NCBI GenBank assembly: GCA_043757265.1
Contig: JAYUQP010000061.1
Coordinates: 9,588-73,587, forward strand
Reading direction: 5' to 3'
Source: Bdellovibrionales bacterium
GTDB taxonomy: Bacteria; Bdellovibrionota; Bdellovibrionia; Bdellovibrionales; JAGQZY01
Length of the DNA stretch: 64,000 nucleotides
The notes under the pieces were generated by a model, which made no database searches, was not told the DNA's origin, and saw only the letters and a program-made list of their open reading frames with translations. The translations under genes were made by a program, and so were the position numbers. Positions 17,375 to 25,483 of this stretch are shown here, piece by piece; within the stretch, counting starts at the first letter, position 1; each line of letters begins with the position of its first letter.

Positions 17375-18448
17375 ATGAAAAAAATTAAACTTATCATCAG
17401 TGACTTACATCTGGGAAAAGGTCGAAAAACCGCCTCAGGTATGATCAACCCACTTGAGGAATTTTACTTCGAAGACAAGCTTGTCGAATTTATCGATTTT
17501 TATTCGTCGGGAAAATTCCGCGATTATGAGGTCGAGTTGATTATCAATGGGGATTTTTTAAATTTCCTGCAAGTCGATTATCACGGTCATTTTCTCACGG
17601 TGATCACCGAGGGCGTGGCTCTCGAAAAATTAAAAGGGATTATCAAGGGCCAGGAAAAAGTTTTCCGTGCGCTCAAGGAATTTGCGTCGGTGCCACATCG
17701 ATCCATTACGTATATTGTAGGCAACCACGATCAAGCCATGCTGTGGCCGCAGTTGCGCGCGTATTTTAACGAGTGTGTTGGAACCTCGGTGAAATTTAAA
17801 AATATTGCTTACAACTTCGATGGAATTCACATTGAACACGGTCATATGCACGAGGCGGCAAATCGCTTAGACCCTAAGAAGTTTTTCCTTAAAAAAGATC
17901 TCCCAGAGCCGATCATGAATCTTCCCTTTGGCTCTCACTTTTTTATCGAATTCGTGATGAAGATTAAACAAAAACATCCACATATCGATAAAGTCCGCCC
18001 GTTTAATAAACTTATTCGATGGGCCTTGATCAACGAAACGTGGTTCACATTGACCACATTTGTAAAGTTGATTGGTTTTTTTATCAAAGCCATGGCGACG
18101 TCACACCCCACAAAACATTTTCCGATGAAACGGATTATCCAAACACTGCTTGAGAGTGCGATTTTTCCAGACCTTAGCGATTCGGCGCACAAGATTTTAA
18201 AGCACGAAGCGGTTAATACGGTTGTTTTTGGTCACACCCATGTTTACGAATATCGACAGTGGGAAGGTGGCAAAGAGTATTTCAACACTGGGACCTGGAC
18301 AGATATCACGTCGCTTGATATCAAATCTCTCGGCAAGATCACTAAGCTGACCTATGTGTTTATCGACTACGAAACTGGGCGCCCTTCCTGCCGTTTGAAA
18401 GAATGGAAAGGCTACCACAAGGTCGAAGAAGACGTAGTGGTTGCCTAA
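17375..18448 (+). CDS. Calcineurin-like metallophosphoesterase
   Basis: Motifs ISDLHLG, NGDFLNF, GNHD, EHGHMHE, FGHTH in canonical order. Confidence 0.8.
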   Translation: MKKIKLIISDLHLGKGRKTASGMINPLEEFYFEDKLVEFIDFYSSGKFRDYEVELIINGDFLNFLQVDYHGHFLTVITEGVALEKLKGIIKGQEKVFRALKEFASVPHRSITYIVGNHDQAMLWPQLRAYFNECVGTSVKFKNIAYNFDGIHIEHGHMHEAANRLDPKKFFLKKDLPEPIMNLPFGSHFFIEFVMKIKQKHPHIDKVRPFNKLIRWALINETWFTLTTFVKLIGFFIKAMATSHPTKHFPMKRIIQTLLESAIFPDLSDSAHKILKHEAVNTVVFGHTHVYEYRQWEGGKEYFNTGTWTDITSLDIKSLGKITKLTYVFIDYETGRPSCRLKEWKGYHKVEEDVVVA

Positions 18449-18477
18449 CAGCTAAAAATCTTGTTAAAATTTTGTTC

Positions 18478-19725
18478 ATGTGGAACATACAGCACGCTTC
18501 TCAAAAAGTAGACCCGACTGTTTTAGAAAAAGCTCAGTATCATTTAAAGCGTTTGCTCGATGAAAAAAAAAGCGGATTTTTCGACTTGGCAATCCTCGAA
18601 AAAGGGAGTCTTGAGGCCGAAACGCTCGCCAAACAGTTGGGTGCAAACTTTGACACATTTTGTGTTTTGGGTATTGGCGGGAGTTCACTCGGAGCGCAAG
18701 CTGTGGTCGAGGCTCTCGCGCCGCAAGAACTTGAAAATAAAAAAATTATTTTTTTTGACAATGTAGATTCTAAAAGCTTTTTTCGCAAAGTTCGTGGAAT
18801 CAAGAACATTGAGCGTACACTGTGGGTGCTGGTTTCGAAAAGTGGTGGAACTGTCGAGACGTTGGCGCAAGCGGATTTTTTACAGCAATTTTTATCGGAA
18901 ACGCACAACATCCACTTGCACCAAAAATCAGTGGTGGTGACCGAGTTTAAAAAAAGCCCACTTCGCGATTGGGCTTTAAAACACAAGGTGCCACAGCTCG
19001 AAGTGCCCCTTAACATTGGCGGACGATTTTCGGTACTCACTCCCGTGGGCACACTCCTTTTTCATCTTTTGGGTTTGGATGTTGCACAGATGTTGAGCGG
19101 TGCGGAAAAAGCACTTCAACAAAAAGTCCAGCTCTGCGAGTTGATTGCCCAGTTCGCCATGAGTCTTTCGCGACAGGAAAGCACGACGTATTTTTTGAAC
19201 TATAGCGATGACCTGAAATATTGGGGACAGTGGCTGCAACAGCTGTGGGCAGAGTCCTTAGGAAAAAGAGTTGCACAGGATATGTCTATGGCCCCTGCCA
19301 TGAGTATTCCCTACGCCTGTCGTGGGGCTACAGATCAGCACTCCGTGCTGCAGCAAATTTCAGAAGGCACGCAAAAAAAAATGGTGTGTATTTTGCGAGT
19401 CAAAGAGTCGGAGTCTTTCGGTCCAATATTAAAGGAACAGTTCTTATCAAATGACGACCAATTGCAGGGTAAAAACCTGGGGCAGCTGTTGGCGGCAGAA
19501 GCTTCGGCCATCCAGCAGGCGCTTAATGAGGCGGGCGTGGCGACACTTACACTTCAAACTGACAAGCTGGATGGCGGAAGCATTGGTTACCTTTTGATGA
19601 CGTTTCAATTGATCGTTGCGACCTTAGGCCTGATGTACAATTTGGACCCATTTAACCAGCCCGGCGTTGAGCGAGGCAAAGTTCTCACTCGACTTATTTT
19701 ATCGAATTCCCTCAAGTTTACTTAA
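18478..19725 (+). CDS. pgi: Glucose-6-phosphate isomerase (short form)
   Basis: LGIGGSSLG and VSKSGGTVET SIS motifs, plus C-terminal DPFNQPGVE. Start set to ATG 18478 because track start 18403 overlaps the previous gene. Confidence 0.85.
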   Translation: MWNIQHASQKVDPTVLEKAQYHLKRLLDEKKSGFFDLAILEKGSLEAETLAKQLGANFDTFCVLGIGGSSLGAQAVVEALAPQELENKKIIFFDNVDSKSFFRKVRGIKNIERTLWVLVSKSGGTVETLAQADFLQQFLSETHNIHLHQKSVVVTEFKKSPLRDWALKHKVPQLEVPLNIGGRFSVLTPVGTLLFHLLGLDVAQMLSGAEKALQQKVQLCELIAQFAMSLSRQESTTYFLNYSDDLKYWGQWLQQLWAESLGKRVAQDMSMAPAMSIPYACRGATDQHSVLQQISEGTQKKMVCILRVKESESFGPILKEQFLSNDDQLQGKNLGQLLAAEASAIQQALNEAGVATLTLQTDKLDGGSIGYLLMTFQLIVATLGLMYNLDPFNQPGVERGKVLTRLILSNSLKFT

Positions 19726-19810
19726 AATTACACCGTAATAATTCTAGAGCCTAATTTTAATAAAGCCTACTTTTTAGCTAGGCTTTTAGTACTTATGAGG
19801 GAGATCAGTA

Positions 19811-20758
19811 ATGTCTTCAGCCAAGAAAAAAGACTTTGACGACAATAGTACGGTGACCGAAGAAAAAACCAGTATTGTACAAACGCTAACGTTTGATCGC
19901 CGCCTGCAGCAAATGTCTCAGATGCCGCCGTCGATGGTATTACTCATGGGACCTGCTGGATATGTTGGTCGCCACTGGAGTATCGATAACAATGATATCA
20001 TCATTGGCCGTTCGATGAGCGCCAATGTTTTTATCGACGATCGCAGCGTTAGTAAGTCCCACGCAAAACTCACACAATCATTTGGCGAAGTTTCCATTAT
20101 CGATTTGGACTCAACAAACAAAACAATCGTTAACGGTACGGCGATTCCTCCCTTTGTCCCAAAGAAACTTGAAAACAACGATCAGATTAAAGTCGGAAAC
20201 GTTCTATTTAAATATTTAGCGCAAGGAAGCCTGGAGGGTGTAGCTGCCCAAAACCTTCAACAAAAAAGCGAAAAGGATTCACTGACCACAATTTGGAACA
20301 AAGGCGCCTTAGCGGTCAAGGGACCAGAGCTTGTAAAGCGAGCTAAAGTTTTAGGCGTTCCTTTAAGTCTTCTAGTTTTCGATTTAGACCATTTTAAAAA
20401 GATTAACGACGGCTACAGTCACCAAGGCGGCGACTACGTTCTGAAAGAGCTTGCCACCGTGATTCAATCTAAACTCATTCGTGGTGACGACTACTTCGCT
20501 CGCTTTGGGGGAGAAGAATTTGTCATCGTATTGATGGCAACAAATATCAAAATGGGTGAAGAGATTGGCGAGCGCATCCGTGCGACGATCGAAAAACACG
20601 ATTTTGTTTTCGACCACAAAAAGATTTCAGTCACTGTGTCCATAGGAATTTCAGAAATGGAACCCGAGATGAGCACATTCGATGAGCTTTTTTCAAGATC
20701 CGATTCCGCTCTCTATGCCTCAAAAAATTCCGGCCGCAACAGAGTTACCTGCCTGTAA
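19811..20758 (+). CDS. FHA-domain diguanylate cyclase (FHA-GGDEF)
   Basis: FHA pattern IIIGRSMSANVFIDDRSVSKSHAKL...NKTIVNG. GGDEF domain has active site RFGGEEF and I-site RGDD five residues upstream. Confidence 0.85.
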   Translation: MSSAKKKDFDDNSTVTEEKTSIVQTLTFDRRLQQMSQMPPSMVLLMGPAGYVGRHWSIDNNDIIIGRSMSANVFIDDRSVSKSHAKLTQSFGEVSIIDLDSTNKTIVNGTAIPPFVPKKLENNDQIKVGNVLFKYLAQGSLEGVAAQNLQQKSEKDSLTTIWNKGALAVKGPELVKRAKVLGVPLSLLVFDLDHFKKINDGYSHQGGDYVLKELATVIQSKLIRGDDYFARFGGEEFVIVLMATNIKMGEEIGERIRATIEKHDFVFDHKKISVTVSIGISEMEPEMSTFDELFSRSDSALYASKNSGRNRVTCL

Positions 20759-20841
20759 AGGTACGGACACACTTCTGCAACTCAACGTGTTAGTAAGCGC
20801 ACCTTACTAACACGTTGAGCCGCAGAAGTGTGTCCGTACCT
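20759..20841. repeat. 83-bp near-perfect palindrome (39-bp arms, 5-nt loop) filling exactly the gap between two convergent stop codons; REP-like / bidirectional terminator
   Basis: Left arm aggtacggacacacttctgcaactcaacgtgttagtaag, loop cgcac, right arm cttactaacacgttgagccgcagaagtgtgtccgtacct, with one 2-nt mismatch. Stops lie at 20756-58 (+) and 20842-44 (-). A half-copy with 3 mismatches is at 46126-46163. Confidence 0.85.
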
Positions 20842-21654
20842 TTAATCGACCACGTCATCGTTTTGATCTAACTCATCATCTCCGTTGTCGACTCCCAAAT
20901 TTGATTCAGTTTCTAATCCTTTTCTGAAACAGGTATAAAGGTCGGCGGCTGATGGATCGATAGTTGGGCATGGGTTCGCTGTTGGAACTGGTGTGCCGGC
21001 TGAGATGTCCGTGGGTGCAGCAATCGAAGACATATCAATCCTTCTAAAGAGATTCGCAATCTGCAACTGTAACAAAATTTCAGAGCCGGAGGCCGGAAAG
21101 ACCGCATTTGGTCCAAACACTTGAAATTCCGATTCTTCAGTTGTTCCGAATGTAAAAGCAACGCCACCAACCGTACCAGAAATGTAGATACTTTTATTAA
21201 GAAGAGCTAAAGGCGCTCCGCTCGGCAGAGTAGATGTTTGTTTTAGCTTTGCTTTGATTCTGCGTACGGCTGAAATATTGAGTGTGGCTGTACCGACAGG
21301 CTCGACCGTTGTTACCAACATATTTGTGGTAAACGGTCCCGCAAACGCGACGCTATCTCCATCAACCTCGCTTGGGGAGGCACTTGCTTCTGTTTCAAAT
21401 TCGATCTCTGCCATAGTTGTCCAAAGCGCACTTAAAATTATTGTTCTTGAGCTCGCATCAGAAATTGATGCGGGAGCTGCTGTTGCTACAGGCACTAAGA
21501 AATCTACGACTTTTTGCCAAAAGTCATTACGTGCGACTGTGGCTAAATTAGATGACCCGTTAATTTTTAAGCTGACAACCGGATTGCCTGTATCTGTCCC
21601 ATTTTGCGAGCAGCTTAACAAAAGTAAGAATGGCAAAAACAAAAACCTTCTCAT
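20842..21654 (-). CDS. Lipoprotein, paralog 1 of acidic-tailed family (possibly DUF4382-like)
   Basis: Signal plus lipobox LLLLSC. Shares blocks with 22575-23414 and 24159-25088 (AEIEFETE, F.GP, RIKAKL, NKSIYISGT.GG, CPTIDPSAADLYTCFRKGLE). Acidic tail DNGDDELDQNDDVVD. Confidence 0.7.
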   Translation of the reverse strand: MRRFLFLPFLLLLSCSQNGTDTGNPVVSLKINGSSNLATVARNDFWQKVVDFLVPVATAAPASISDASSRTIILSALWTTMAEIEFETEASASPSEVDGDSVAFAGPFTTNMLVTTVEPVGTATLNISAVRRIKAKLKQTSTLPSGAPLALLNKSIYISGTVGGVAFTFGTTEESEFQVFGPNAVFPASGSEILLQLQIANLFRRIDMSSIAAPTDISAGTPVPTANPCPTIDPSAADLYTCFRKGLETESNLGVDNGDDELDQNDDVVD

Positions 21655-22532
21655 ATTTTTTCCTTTTCAATTTTTTTCTGAGTTAAGGGAAATGCCGCTA
21701 ATTCAATATGATAAACTTGATCAGCATTAGTCGTTTTCTGTCCTAACGTATGAAGCTTAGTTATAGCTTCATTTAGGATTTCTGTAACGTGCGGTAAATC
21801 TTCTGTGCGTATGGCAACTGTGTGCCCCATGATACTTCTGTTAGCGCGTGCAACATTTTCTATACTCTCGGCTGCAAACCTAAACATTTCGCGATGAAAC
21901 TCACCGAGACTCATTTTATAAATACCTTCTTTACAATCCAAAGCCATTTTGGGAATCGTGTATTTGCCTTGTGCACTCACGGTCACAAATCCACTTGCAA
22001 CTAAAAATCGTATAGCCTCTTCGCAATCTGCCAAGCTCACTTTGCCATTGAGTCGCGCTTGCAACCATGCAGGATTTGGATCGAAATCTGCGAGAGCGAC
22101 CATCTCCCTGATGGCCACGTAATACCAATTCGTTAAATACTTATAAACTTCGAGCTCTTTATTGTTTGTTTTTTTGAATGCTTGTAGTTTGGTCATATCG
22201 CCAACTGCTCTCAACCGTACCTCAGGATTTTCAGATGTCCCGACCGTGTGTAAAAGTTCGAGAAAGCGCTGTTCAGACAAGGATAACTTTAAGTGGGGAG
22301 CCATTTTAGATAACGCTTTAGAGGACAGCGACCTCTTTCCGCTTAAGCACATGGGTAGGTATCCAATTGCAAGCTGTGCTTTTTCTGAAATGGCTCGCAT
22401 TGAAATTCTTTCTTCAGATTTTAAGAATTCGAACCAGGATTTTAAAAATAAAAGATGATCGACATGATCGAAGATATTTGGCTTTTGTTGAGATGCTAGT
22501 TTTTTAGCCGACAAAATTTTATCCTTTTGCAA
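21651..22532 (-). CDS. Putative transcriptional regulator, TIGR02147/DUF4423-like (HTH N-terminus)
   Basis: 293 aa, no signal peptide. N-terminal ISMRAISEKAQLAIGYLPMCLSGKRSLS looks HTH-like. Overall layout recalls the TIGR02147 family (recognition from memory only). The stop overlaps the start of lipoprotein paralog 1 (4-nt overlap, 21651-21654). TTG start is uncertain. Confidence 0.45.
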   Translation of the reverse strand: MQKDKILSAKKLASQQKPNIFDHVDHLLFLKSWFEFLKSEERISMRAISEKAQLAIGYLPMCLSGKRSLSSKALSKMAPHLKLSLSEQRFLELLHTVGTSENPEVRLRAVGDMTKLQAFKKTNNKELEVYKYLTNWYYVAIREMVALADFDPNPAWLQARLNGKVSLADCEEAIRFLVASGFVTVSAQGKYTIPKMALDCKEGIYKMSLGEFHREMFRFAAESIENVARANRSIMGHTVAIRTEDLPHVTEILNEAITKLHTLGQKTTNADQVYHIELAAFPLTQKKIEKEKI

Positions 22533-22536
22533 AAAA

Positions 22537-22559
22537 AGCTGGTGTACAAAACACCAGCT
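22537..22559 (-). terminator. Rho-independent terminator after lipoprotein paralog 2
   Basis: Stem agctggtgt/acaccagct with loop acaaa. On the minus-strand transcript it is followed by a T-run (complement of aaaaaaa at 22531-22537). Confidence 0.7.
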
Positions 22560-22574
22560 GACTTATTTATTTGA

Positions 22575-23414
22575 TCAATTTACTGAATCTTCATCAACTT
22601 CTAGATCTCCGTCGCCATCTTCATCAGATCCGCAATCAGCTTCTTGTTCTAATCCGTTACGTACACAGGTAAATACATCTGAAGCACTTACATCAATCGC
22701 AGGACATAAGTTTGCTCCAGCATATCGACTAGATGCAGAGATCACCGCACCATTTGGTATTCCGGATAGATTGATTTGCTTGAATACATTGGCTAATTGG
22801 ATTTCGACTGCAATCCCTTGGCCGTCGACTGGAACCACAGCGTTTGGTCCACCAATTTCGACTTCAGTCTCTTCACTTGACTGGTAGGTAAAGCTGTTAG
22901 CTCCGATAGATCCTGTTATATAAATACTATTGTTTGTTAATCCTCCAGGAGCACCGCTCACGGCAGACTCGGCCATGTGCAATTTCATTTTGATACGTTT
23001 GAAAGGAATTTGTGGAATAGTTTGGGTATCGAGCACTGTCGCTGTAGTTGCTAGTAAATCCACCGCATACGGGCCTGTAAATTCGATCTCATCGCCATCC
23101 ACTTCGGCAACGTCGCCCACTTCATCAGTTTCAAATTCGATAGTATCAATCATAATCCAAGCATTGGTTAATGAGATGACCAGACCGGTGGAATCTACCA
23201 TTGAGGCCGGCATGAACGCATAAGAACTCGGTAATATAAATTCTAGTATTTTTTCATATGGTGTCAGCTTTGCGACGGTAGGTGCAGAGCTTGATGCTGC
23301 CATAGTGAAGGGCACTGTTACCTGGGGCGTTACTGTATTACTTTCCGAGCAAGCATTAATTGTCATTAGTGCGGTAAGTGCTAGTAGTGTTTTGTTGAGT
23401 AAAGACTTCTTCAA
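22575..23414 (-). CDS. Lipoprotein, paralog 2 of acidic-tailed family
   Basis: TTG start preceded by aaggaggaataaa. Lipobox INAC. Tail CGSDEDGDGDLEVDEDSVN is thrombospondin-type-3-like (DxDGDG). Clearly the closest paralog of 24159-25088 by eye. Confidence 0.75.
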   Translation of the reverse strand: MKKSLLNKTLLALTALMTINACSESNTVTPQVTVPFTMAASSSAPTVAKLTPYEKILEFILPSSYAFMPASMVDSTGLVISLTNAWIMIDTIEFETDEVGDVAEVDGDEIEFTGPYAVDLLATTATVLDTQTIPQIPFKRIKMKLHMAESAVSGAPGGLTNNSIYITGSIGANSFTYQSSEETEVEIGGPNAVVPVDGQGIAVEIQLANVFKQINLSGIPNGAVISASSRYAGANLCPAIDVSASDVFTCVRNGLEQEADCGSDEDGDGDLEVDEDSVN

Positions 23415-23496
23415 TTTATTCCTCCTTGGAATCTCGAGTTTTGATCGTTTCGAGTTGCTTTAAGAATAACAAACCTAAATAATAATTTAAATAAAA

Positions 23497-23510
23497 ATCA
23501 CAGATGTGAT
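23497..23510. promoter_or_regulatory. 14-bp palindrome ATCACA-GA-TGTGAT, 83 nt upstream of paralog 2 start; candidate operator
   Basis: Read directly. The same palindrome (ATCACA-AA-TGTGAT) sits at the identical offset upstream of paralog 3. It overlaps a TTGATC -35-like hexamer on the coding strand. Confidence 0.55.
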
Positions 23511-24119
23511 CAAACAAAAACAAAAAAAGACATTAAATTGAACAATAACAGATAATTACAAGTTGTATCATAATTAGTATTTTAACCCGGTAGATATTTT
23601 GTGATCGCAAAATCTCATTTCAAAACATAGCTTTAAACAGTCTGTGCCGTTAAATCTGCTGGGGGTGGCTAATGATCATTAGAAGCAAAAGCGATCGCAT
23701 GGTGTCAGCATTGTGCTAGCGCTAATATCTGCATTGAGGACTTACAGCTGTTCAAATTTAAAAGGGCTGTGCGAACGATGTCGCATTAAGATTTTTCTGC
23801 GTTGAGATGCTGGTCACATTTAGCTGAATCAATAATCGAAAGCATCAATTCACAGTCTCCGTGGTAAAAGACGAGAGAATCGTCAAGACACTTCAAATTA
23901 TATTTTGGGTTAGGGCCATCTTCTGCGACCCAGCACTATTTAAAATTAACTTTATTTCTGCTGAAATCGTCCGCCGTGTTCTGTCTTGGCTTTCGTAGAG
24001 TGATACTTAGAATCTCAAAATACAAACTGAGTCCTGGAAAGTAGAAAGTGATCGAATGATCAGAGGGAGTGGCTTTTTAGTGAAAATTATTTTATACAGT
24101 GAGGGTGTTCTACCTTAGA

Positions 24120-24150
24120 ATCTGTAGGCTGGCAGTTCCAGCCTACAGAT
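24120..24150 (-). terminator. 13-bp-stem hairpin immediately after lipoprotein paralog 3 stop
   Basis: atctgtaggctgg-cagtt-ccagcctacagat, 8 nt from the stop at 24159. Weak T-run. Confidence 0.55.
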
Positions 24151-24158
24151 TTATACAA

Positions 24159-25088
24159 TTACTCGCTTACTAGGTCGTCATCATCATCAGTGGCATCATC
24201 TTCGTCGTTCACGGTGTCGTCGTCTTCGTCTAAATCACCATCGTCATCGCTATCAGAACCACAATCAGCTTCTTTTTCGAGGCCTTTACGAATACAAGTG
24301 TAAACATCTTCTGCGCTTTCATCAATTGCTGGACAAAGACTTACTCCAGCATACCGACTAGCTGAGGAAATTATTGCACCATTTGGTAATCCAGAAAGAT
24401 CAATTTGTTTGAACAAATTGGCAAGTTTGATTTCGATAACAATACCTTGGCCATCAACCGGAACTACTGCATGAGGTCCATTGATTTCAATTTCCGTTTC
24501 CTCATCGGATTCAAAACTAAATGTGTTAACTCCAATCGACCCGGCGATATAGATACTATTATGAAGTAAGCCAGCAGGTGCACCGCTCACAGCAACGTCA
24601 GCTGCGTGCAACTTCATTTCGATGCGTTTAAAAGGAACTTGAGGAATCAATTGGGTATCAAGCACCGACGGTGTAACTGAAAGTAGGTTAACAGCATAAG
24701 GACCTGAAAACTCTTCATCGTCATCATCGTCTGTTTCATTATCAGCCAATTCATTTTCTTCAGCTTCCTCTTCGGCGAGTTCGTCAGCGTCAGCAAATTC
24801 CAAAGCTTCGAATTCTACCGACTCAACCATGACCCAAGCGTCAGTTAAAGACACAACTAGGCCTGTGGAATCAACCATGGATGTTGGCATAAAAGCATAG
24901 GAGCTAGGTAAAATAAATTCCAATATTTTTTCGAAATTTGTCAGCTTAGCTACGGTCGGGGCGGTACCCGATGCAGTCATCTTAAAGGGAACGGACACGT
25001 ATTTTGTTTCATTGCTTTCGGAGCACGCGTTAATTGCTACGAGAGCGGCCAGTGATAACAAGGTTTTAGAGAGTAGTGACTTCTTCAA
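24159..25088 (-). CDS. Lipoprotein, paralog 3 of acidic-tailed family (with extra acidic insertion)
   Basis: Same SD and TTG start as paralog 2. Lipobox INAC. Insertion ELAEEEAEENELADNETDDDDDEE. Long tail CGSDSDDDGDLDEDDDTVNDEDDATDDDDDLVSE. Confidence 0.75.
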   Translation of the reverse strand: MKKSLLSKTLLSLAALVAINACSESNETKYVSVPFKMTASGTAPTVAKLTNFEKILEFILPSSYAFMPTSMVDSTGLVVSLTDAWVMVESVEFEALEFADADELAEEEAEENELADNETDDDDDEEFSGPYAVNLLSVTPSVLDTQLIPQVPFKRIEMKLHAADVAVSGAPAGLLHNSIYIAGSIGVNTFSFESDEETEIEINGPHAVVPVDGQGIVIEIKLANLFKQIDLSGLPNGAIISSASRYAGVSLCPAIDESAEDVYTCIRKGLEKEADCGSDSDDDGDLDEDDDTVNDEDDATDDDDDLVSE

Positions 25089-25170
25089 TTTATTCCTCCT
25101 TGGAATCTCGATTCATTCATTGATTCGAGTTGCAGTAAGAATATCAAAGCCAAAAAATAAATGTAAAAAA

Positions 25171-25184
25171 ATCACAAATGTGAT
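25171..25184. promoter_or_regulatory. 14-bp palindrome ATCACA-AA-TGTGAT, 83 nt upstream of paralog 3 start; candidate operator
   Basis: Twin of 23497-23510 at the identical offset. A second conserved block (tgtgatc..caaa.tctca) lies 186 nt upstream in both copies (23600, 25274). Confidence 0.55.
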
Positions 25185-25350
25185 CAATAATATTTATTAA
25201 ATCATATAAAAATGAATAATAGCATATAATTAGACTAAGTATCAAGATGAGAAATAAATTCCATTTGTTAAATTGTGATCATCAAATCTCACTTAGATAC
25301 TTTGCAAAATACTAATCAAAAGATTCAGCGAACCTCAAGAACTCACGATT

Positions 25351-25483
25351 CTGCGGGTAAATCCGGTGCCAGGTCCTGTTTAATCCGGTACCCGACTCAT
25401 GAATACCCGCAGCAGAGTTAATTTTGCGACGTTTGTACAGGCAGAGTTGGGAACCGGATTAAACAGGACCTGGCACCGGATTA
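25351..25483. repeat. REPIN-like element: 30-bp perfect inverted arms (aatccggtgccaggtcctgtttaatccggt) with 63-nt spacer
   Basis: Arms at 25360-25389 and 25453-25482. A nested 9-bp inverted repeat ctgcgggta/tacccgcag lies at 25351-59 and 25405-13. The element ends 1 nt before the stop codon at 25484. A second copy with a 13-nt spacer is at 46045-46127. Confidence 0.85.

Noticed and set aside
18540-19052. 170-aa minus-strand ORF inside pgi
   Set aside because: It is antisense to pgi, whose SIS motifs are clear. Its composition is typical of shadow ORFs.
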